The translations under genes were made by a program, and so were the position numbers. A DNA stretch of 41,671 nt, from the NCBI GenBank assembly GCA_964398745.1, contig CAYNOE010000001.1, positions 1-41,671 on the forward strand, in the 5' to 3' direction. Below, piece after piece: positions 35,968-41,671 of the stretch. Below the pieces are notes generated by a model. That model had not been told where the DNA came from. It saw only the letters and a program-made list of their open reading frames with translations, and did no database searches. Every line of letters starts with the position of its first letter. The stretch's first letter is position 1. The DNA comes from an uncultured Lachnobacterium sp. Its GTDB lineage: Bacteria > Bacillota > Clostridia > Lachnospirales > Lachnospiraceae.

Positions 35968-37683
35968 TTATATATCAGTTACCGCGTCATTGTCGAATGA
36001 TACCTTAAGCATTTCGCTGAAAGAGGTCACTCCGCGGATTGCCATTGCAGAGGAACTCATGCGCAGGGTATGCATTCCTTCGGACAACGCGGCATTCTTG
36101 ATATCTTCCGTACTGCCGCCCCTCGTGATTGCCTGCCGTACCTTCGGTGTAATCGTCATAATTTCATAAACGCCAATCCGGCCCTTGTAGCCGGTCTGGT
36201 TGCAGTATCCGCATCCGCACGGCTTAAACAGTCTCAGTTCCTGCTCAGGCGGAAGCCCTAAAAGTTTTTTCTCCTGCGGGGTGGCATCGTATTCTTCCTT
36301 GCATTTTTCACAGAGCCTTCTTACAAGGCGCTGTGCGATTACCCCTACCACAGAGTCCGCAAGCAGGTAACTTTCTATTCCCATATCCATCAGACGCGTC
36401 AGTGTACCGGCGGAACTGTTCGTATGCAGTGTGGATACCACAAGGTGTCCGGTAATGGACGCCTGCACCGCAATGCCTGCCGTCTCGCCGTCCCTTATCT
36501 CTCCAATCATGATAATGTCCGGATCCTGGCGCAGGATGGAACGGAGCGCGGATGCAAAACTGAGTCCCGCCTTGTCGTTCGTCTGTACCTGGTTGATTCC
36601 GTCTATATTTGCTTCGACCGGGTCTTCCACGGTAATGATATTCACATCTTCCTTGTTCAGTTCACTCAATGCCGTATAGAGCGTGGTGGATTTACCGCTT
36701 CCGGTCGGTCCTGTTACCAGTATAATCCCGTTCGGGTTCTTTAATATATTATCAAACTGCTGCATCTCATACGGTGTGAAACCCAGCTCGCTTTTATTTC
36801 TGGTAAGCATCTTCTTCTGTGCCAGACGCATAACGCATTTCTCGCCATATACGGTAGGAAGTATGGATGCACGGATATCGTATTCCACGCGGTCTACAAT
36901 CATCGTGATGCGGCCGTCCTGCGGCTTGCGCTTTTCAGAAATATCCATCCCGCCGATAATCTTAAGCCTTGCGATAATCGCCGGAAGCAGATGGATATCA
37001 TAGGTAAACTTCTCATACAATGCACCATCTATCCTGAAGCGGACACGCACCACGCGTTCAAGCGCTTCCACATGAATATCGGACGCATGCTGTCTTGCGC
37101 CCTGCTCAATCATGGTCTTCACAAGCTGGACAATCGGGGATTTGCTTAAGTCCGCATCGTCCGCCTCTCCCCTGTTTGCGGCTTCGAGCTTTTTTCTTTC
37201 TTCCGCGTACTTCTCTGCTGCCTGCAGGGTATCACTGTCGCCGAAATATCGGTCAAGCGTCACCATAATTTCCGTCGGCAGTGCCAGAATCGGTTCCACC
37301 TCCAGATTCGAAACAATATGGAAATCATCGATTGCAACCATATCCATCGGATCCGCCATCGCCATCAGCACTACATTCATGTTGCCGTTGTAATACTCCA
37401 GCGGAACCATGCGGTGTTTTCTTAACATACTGCCGTTTGCAAGATGAAGCATTTCATCCGGAATCTGAACGCCCGCCAGGGAAGTCGTCCTGATGCCAAG
37501 CTGCCTGGACAAGGCTGTCATAATATCAGCATCGGTCGTGACTCCGCTTTCCACCAGTGTCTCACCAATCCGCTTGCCTGTCTCCTTGGCTGACTTCAGT
37601 GCTTTTGCAAGTTGTTCTTCCGTAATCAGCCCCTCGTCTATCAGCATGTCCCCGAGGCGCTTCTTCTCCTTTCTTACCGGCAT
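35968..37683 (-). CDS. pilB: Type IV pilus extension ATPase with N-terminal MshEN motif
   Basis: ASDIH.E, PQDGRI, GPTGSGKST, LRQDPD, TGHLV.STLH and a tetracysteine motif (CEKC..CGYC). Tandem RLG/RIG MshEN repeats. GGAGG RBS precedes ATG 37683. Confidence 0.96.
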   Translation of the reverse strand: MPVRKEKKRLGDMLIDEGLITEEQLAKALKSAKETGKRIGETLVESGVTTDADIMTALSRQLGIRTTSLAGVQIPDEMLHLANGSMLRKHRMVPLEYYNGNMNVVLMAMADPMDMVAIDDFHIVSNLEVEPILALPTEIMVTLDRYFGDSDTLQAAEKYAEERKKLEAANRGEADDADLSKSPIVQLVKTMIEQGARQHASDIHVEALERVVRVRFRIDGALYEKFTYDIHLLPAIIARLKIIGGMDISEKRKPQDGRITMIVDRVEYDIRASILPTVYGEKCVMRLAQKKMLTRNKSELGFTPYEMQQFDNILKNPNGIILVTGPTGSGKSTTLYTALSELNKEDVNIITVEDPVEANIDGINQVQTNDKAGLSFASALRSILRQDPDIIMIGEIRDGETAGIAVQASITGHLVVSTLHTNSSAGTLTRLMDMGIESYLLADSVVGVIAQRLVRRLCEKCKEEYDATPQEKKLLGLPPEQELRLFKPCGCGYCNQTGYKGRIGVYEIMTITPKVRQAITRGGSTEDIKNAALSEGMHTLRMSSSAMAIRGVTSFSEMLKVSFDNDAVTDI

Positions 37684-37734
37684 ATCTTCCTCCTGCAATA
37701 CTTAGGCTGTACTACCCTTTTTTACTTTAAAACA

Positions 37735-37762
37735 ATTATACCATTTTCCTCTCAGAATGCAA
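37735..37762 (-). promoter_or_regulatory. Sigma-A-type promoter for pilB-pilT-pilC-pilA
   Basis: Minus strand TTGCAT-16 nt-TATAAT with a TG extended -10. Confidence 0.65.
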
Positions 37763-37906
37763 GGAAATTTTGAACATTTTTTACGATTTGTTCATCTTTT
37801 CTTCACATTTTATGTACATTTTGCCTGTTGTAACTATTCAGAACCCCGACCCATACATTCGCAAAACCGCACGACCAGTCGTGCTTTCCATTAAAAAAGT
37901 GTCCGC

Positions 37907-37935
37907 TTTACAACCCAGACGGTTTCTGCTATAGT
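37907..37935 (+). promoter_or_regulatory. Sigma-A-type promoter for the LtaS-family gene
   Basis: TTTACA-17 nt-TATAGT with a TG extended -10, about 40 nt before ATG 37977. Confidence 0.6.
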
Positions 37936-37976
37936 AGCTTTGGGATAAACATCGTAAGAAAGGCAGGACATAAACC

Positions 37977-39920
37977 ATGAAGAAAATAAAATTTTCCGCA
38001 GCCGGGACGACAAATTCAAAACAAAGCGGACAGACCGTGCGCTTTGCCATATATGCACACATACTGGCAGCCGGTTTTTTTGTATCCTCCCTTATTTTTC
38101 TGCCTTATCTGGCGGATTATTACCTGCTGGACCCCCGGGAAGGATTCTTCGAATTTTATCTTAAGAGTGCCAACCTCCTCCAGTATGAAATGGAAGCAGG
38201 TTTAATTTATGCCGCTGCATTTGCCGCCTGGTTTTTCACAAAAAAAACAGCCGCCGGCATCTGCATTACCTATCTTCCCATGATGCTTCTTACCTATGCA
38301 AGCAGCATTAAATATGAACTCCGGAGCGAACTGCTTCATCTGGACGACTTAAAGCTGACCGAAGCCGCGGGCATGGCGTTAAATTTTTTAAATTTCAGGG
38401 GCAGCCGCTCCCGTCTTCTGGTTCTTGCCGCAGCACTATTCATCTGCGCCGCCGGAATCCTTGCTGATAAACTGTGCAAAAAATTCCCCCTGCCGCTTTC
38501 GCAGGATTTTTTCAGGACAAACCGCCTGAAATCCGCCCGGGTCATTGCCGGGTGCGCCTGTCTTGCCATGCTGTGTGCCCATTCTGGTAATTTTTCAAAA
38601 AACACAGAAAAGACCTTTGACTCCACAGATGTGGGAATCAATATGGACCAGGGAAATGACCGCTATATCCTTTATAATTTCCTGAAAAATGACCGCAACG
38701 CCCCCGTTACGGCCCAGCAGTGGGAAAAAAGCTATGATTTTTTCCGGAAGAATACCATACCGCCGGAAAAAACCGGTACGGATGCTGCCCCTTCCGTAAT
38801 CGTAATTATGAACGAATCCTGGTGGAATACGGATAATATTCCCGACAGCAGTACCGTTACTTTTTCCTCCGACCCGATGATGGACTATAAAAAACTGGCC
38901 AAAACCTGCTCTTCTGGCAGCCTGACGTCCAATTTATACGGCGGCGGCACAATTGACTCGGAAAGCGAGTTCCTGACCGGTTTAAATACCAAGTATTTTG
39001 TGGCAGATGCCGGTATTTCCAATGAGCTTATAAAGCGCAAGGTTCCTTCCATTGTGGATTATTTCAATGCGCTGGACTATGACACAACAGCCATACATCC
39101 TTATTACGGGGACTTTTACGGCAGGGATAAAATTTATGCAAAATATGGCTTTGACCATGTTATTTTTGATGAAGACATGGACTATACGGATATTTATACA
39201 CGTTTTATCTCGGACGAAAGCCTGGCAAACCAGATTATTAAGGAATATGAAACAGATGCCAGGGGAAAAAAGAAATTTATTTTTTCCGTTTCCATCGCAA
39301 ACCATACCAGGGAGCTGGATTACAAGGTAAAAACCGTAAAAAATTATCCTTATCCCATATCCGTGACGGCTGGGGATTCTTCTTCCATAACAAAAAGCGA
39401 AATGGACGATTTTTCCAGTTCCATCAACGGAATTTATCTGGCAAACAAAGCTTTTGCACAGCTGAAAGCTTATTTCGAGAAAAAGGATGAGCCGGTCGTC
39501 CTGGTTATGTACGGGGACCATATCCCAGCCTTCTGGAATTCCTGCGTAAAGGCAATGGGCATATCCTCAAAGAATAATGATGAAGATATTTTAAAACGGA
39601 TTTATTCAGTTCCTGTACTGATGTGGAGCAACTTCAATACAAAGCAGTTTGAGTTCACCGGCGAAAGCATCAACTACCTGCCGCAGATGATGATTGAGTA
39701 TGCAGGACTGCCGGAATCGGAAATGACGCAGATTCTCCGCTACGAGCGCAGCGTCCTTAAAGCAAACAGACGCCGGTTCGTAACAGATGCCGACGGAAAT
39801 TTTTTACAGTCCTATAATGACACGCAAAAAGAAGCCATCCGCCATTTTAAAATCATAGATTATGACCTGCTCTTCCACGACAAACCATCCCATCCCGATG
39901 TCTGGAAGCCTATACAGTAG
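37977..39920 (+). CDS. LTA synthase / phosphoglycerol transferase family (alkaline phosphatase-sulfatase fold) membrane enzyme
   Basis: About 5 N-terminal TM helices, then IVIMNES (metal Glu), GGGTIDSE.EFLTG (nucleophile Thr), IHPY...FY.R, NH and YGDH motifs. Confidence 0.85.
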   Translation: MKKIKFSAAGTTNSKQSGQTVRFAIYAHILAAGFFVSSLIFLPYLADYYLLDPREGFFEFYLKSANLLQYEMEAGLIYAAAFAAWFFTKKTAAGICITYLPMMLLTYASSIKYELRSELLHLDDLKLTEAAGMALNFLNFRGSRSRLLVLAAALFICAAGILADKLCKKFPLPLSQDFFRTNRLKSARVIAGCACLAMLCAHSGNFSKNTEKTFDSTDVGINMDQGNDRYILYNFLKNDRNAPVTAQQWEKSYDFFRKNTIPPEKTGTDAAPSVIVIMNESWWNTDNIPDSSTVTFSSDPMMDYKKLAKTCSSGSLTSNLYGGGTIDSESEFLTGLNTKYFVADAGISNELIKRKVPSIVDYFNALDYDTTAIHPYYGDFYGRDKIYAKYGFDHVIFDEDMDYTDIYTRFISDESLANQIIKEYETDARGKKKFIFSVSIANHTRELDYKVKTVKNYPYPISVTAGDSSSITKSEMDDFSSSINGIYLANKAFAQLKAYFEKKDEPVVLVMYGDHIPAFWNSCVKAMGISSKNNDEDILKRIYSVPVLMWSNFNTKQFEFTGESINYLPQMMIEYAGLPESEMTQILRYERSVLKANRRRFVTDADGNFLQSYNDTQKEAIRHFKIIDYDLLFHDKPSHPDVWKPIQ

Positions 39921-39923
39921 CCT

Positions 39924-41528
39924 TTATTTCATTTCGGGGTAAACCTTTTTAATTTCTTCAAGCCCACGCTCCCCAGCAAGGTCACTTTTTATATATATGG
40001 TTGAAACCGCATAGTCCGACTCCGTTTTCCAGCAGGTTTCCACTGCTTCAAGCCAGACCAGCGTGTAGTTCCAGTCTGCGGTTTCCGCTTCGCCCCATAT
40101 GTCATTCAGTTTTGGATCCATATAAAGGACATCCGGCTGTCCCTGCCGTTTCCATTCCAGAACACTTCCGCTTTCTTTCGAATCGCTTCCTGCATACTGC
40201 GCTTTGTCCAGATACGGTGCGATGGTATGCAGATATGACCGGGCGGACAATATGGAACAGGAATCCAGTTTGTTTTCTTTTATGAATGCGGCCTCCTTAG
40301 GTCCCACCCCGTATTCTTTTCTAATGTCATTTATACCGGCGGATGCGCTCCAGTAAAGGTTCATTCCGAAAAACAGGACAATCACAAGGGCAGCCGTACT
40401 TTTTAACGCTTTTTTGTCACGTTCCCTCAAATTATTAATACTTTCTGAAAGATTCGTTTCATCCTGCACAAAAACCCACAGCCAGAACAGCATAAGAAAA
40501 AACAGCATACCGCTCTGCTCCCTGCCCATCCCGACAATTACGGCAAATGCCGCAAAAAACAGGTACGGGACAAAAAACAGACCCGCTTTTTTCTTTTTCT
40601 TTCCGAAATAAAAAACCAGCGACAGTACCACGATTCCAACAACTGTGGATACCGCCAGAAAAGAATAACGAATGGAATCTGCCCCCAGCCCTGTATTTGC
40701 ATAAAAAGTATTGGTCAGGAATCCGTCTGACAGAGCGGAAAACAGAATATATAAAATCCTGATTAAAATATCATCGGTATTTGCTGATGTAAACGCCTTT
40801 AAAGGAACGCACTGCACTGTTATAAGAACCGCCGCAGCAAAATAGACAGCCAGCCAGACGGACGGCTTTGTTTCTTTGTTCCTGCATTGTTCATAAAGCA
40901 GGACAAATCCCAGCCCGAAGGACATTAAAAGCCCATAGGAGCTGGAAAGGGCAAGCAGTATCAGGCTTAATATGTACCTGTATGTCTTTTTGTTTCCCGT
41001 CCGGTAAGTGACTGCAAGCAGCACAAACGCAAGCATTGTCAGGTGGTATGCGCCTGATGCGATTCCATACTGGTAAAACAGAAAGTATGAAAACGGAAGC
41101 AGCAGCCGTATGATCCTTTTAAACGGCGCATAAAAGTAAATAAGCGCTGCAGTGGCCACGGATATCACAAGTCCGGGTATGGCGGCGGCAGCCGGGGAAA
41201 GCCCCATTTTTGCAAAAGGCATAATTATAATGTTCCAAAGCGGCGGACTAAACTGGCTTTTGGGAACCTCAGTGAGCATCTGAAAAAAGGTGGATGTTTT
41301 TGCCGTCTGCCACATTTCCAGCACCTCCATGCCCGGTTCGTGGAAAGCTGTCACAAGGATTTCCAGCACGGCGTACAAAAGCAGGCATATCAACTCCGGC
41401 GCCCTGCCCGGTATTGTTTCAATTTTTTCGGCAAGCAAACAGACTTTGTCTCCGCAGAAGTTATATGCTCCCATAACTTTTTTTGTAAGGGGCGACATTT
41501 CGTCTCCCTGGTCGAATTTTATCTTCAT
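39924..41528 (-). CDS. Polytopic membrane protein, possibly GT-C-fold glycosyltransferase-like (degenerate)
   Basis: Roughly 10 or more hydrophobic segments plus a soluble C-terminal domain. HEP...W, PPLW and YQYG motifs recalled from a widespread clostridial membrane family. AAAGGAG RBS precedes ATG 41528. Confidence 0.55.
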   Translation of the reverse strand: MKIKFDQGDEMSPLTKKVMGAYNFCGDKVCLLAEKIETIPGRAPELICLLLYAVLEILVTAFHEPGMEVLEMWQTAKTSTFFQMLTEVPKSQFSPPLWNIIIMPFAKMGLSPAAAAIPGLVISVATAALIYFYAPFKRIIRLLLPFSYFLFYQYGIASGAYHLTMLAFVLLAVTYRTGNKKTYRYILSLILLALSSSYGLLMSFGLGFVLLYEQCRNKETKPSVWLAVYFAAAVLITVQCVPLKAFTSANTDDILIRILYILFSALSDGFLTNTFYANTGLGADSIRYSFLAVSTVVGIVVLSLVFYFGKKKKKAGLFFVPYLFFAAFAVIVGMGREQSGMLFFLMLFWLWVFVQDETNLSESINNLRERDKKALKSTAALVIVLFFGMNLYWSASAGINDIRKEYGVGPKEAAFIKENKLDSCSILSARSYLHTIAPYLDKAQYAGSDSKESGSVLEWKRQGQPDVLYMDPKLNDIWGEAETADWNYTLVWLEAVETCWKTESDYAVSTIYIKSDLAGERGLEEIKKVYPEMK

Positions 41529-41618
41529 AATTGTTTTTACTCCTTTGTTCTTCCATTCAGTCATATCAATCATAACATCACATGACTTATTCCGCAACAC
41601 AAATTAAGGACAGAAGCA

Positions 41619-41671
41619 CTAGTCGGCAAGCATGTTTTCCACGAAGATTCCGTATCCTTTTTCAGGGTCAT
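41619..41671 (-). CDS. Possible 3' end of a gene entering from beyond the window
   Basis: Open minus-strand frame ...DPEKGYGIFVENMLAD-stop (TAG) running off the window end; too short to identify. Confidence 0.35.
   Translation of the reverse strand, partial: DPEKGYGIFVENMLAD

Noticed and set aside
17897-37683. Pil cluster as a competence (Com) pilus, type II secretion system or mobile island
   Set aside because: PilT, PilMN/PilO and large adhesin-like pilins indicate a retractile T4aP-like system. No comEA/comEC, secretin, integrase, transposase, tRNA or att-like flanks were seen. A role in DNA uptake cannot be excluded.
1-41671. CRISPR array, diversity-generating retroelement, tRNA or rRNA
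   Set aside because: No regularly spaced repeats, reverse transcriptase, TR/VR-like duplicated segment or RNA-gene signatures were noticed by eye; a self-dotplot and tRNAscan/Infernal run would be needed to exclude them fully.

Overview
Chromosomal window from a spore-forming clostridial Firmicute; protein style and gene content suggest Lachnospiraceae (inference). Left end, + strand: a spermidine/putrescine ABC transporter operon potABCD (potA truncated by the window edge) and a DUF5688-type gene. From ~37.7 kb down to ~4.7 kb every gene is on the - strand. First comes a complete monoderm type IV pilus locus: pilB, pilT, pilC, major pilin, pilD, fused pilMN, pilO, four minor pilins (three unusually large) and a ~1620-aa secreted DUF5057-type protein. 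It is followed directly by a signalling operon with no flagellar genes: intact REC-HD-GYP, PAS histidine kinase, degenerate REC-HD-GYP, cheR, cheB, an atypical single-domain response regulator, cheA, cheW and an MCP with a C-terminal pentapeptide. Then come spo0A and glgA. Right end: an LtaS/sulfatase-family membrane enzyme divergent from pilB and a convergent polytopic membrane protein. The strongest candidate system is a Gram-positive pilus-chemosensory-c-di-GMP module, since PilB carries an MshEN c-di-GMP-binding motif and the adjacent operon encodes HD-GYP outputs. The major pilin gene is also bracketed by related RNA hairpins sharing a UCC(G)/(C)GGA-UGA bulged motif. No rRNA, tRNA, CRISPR array or mobile element was recognised. 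All family calls come from motif recognition by eye, not from database searches.
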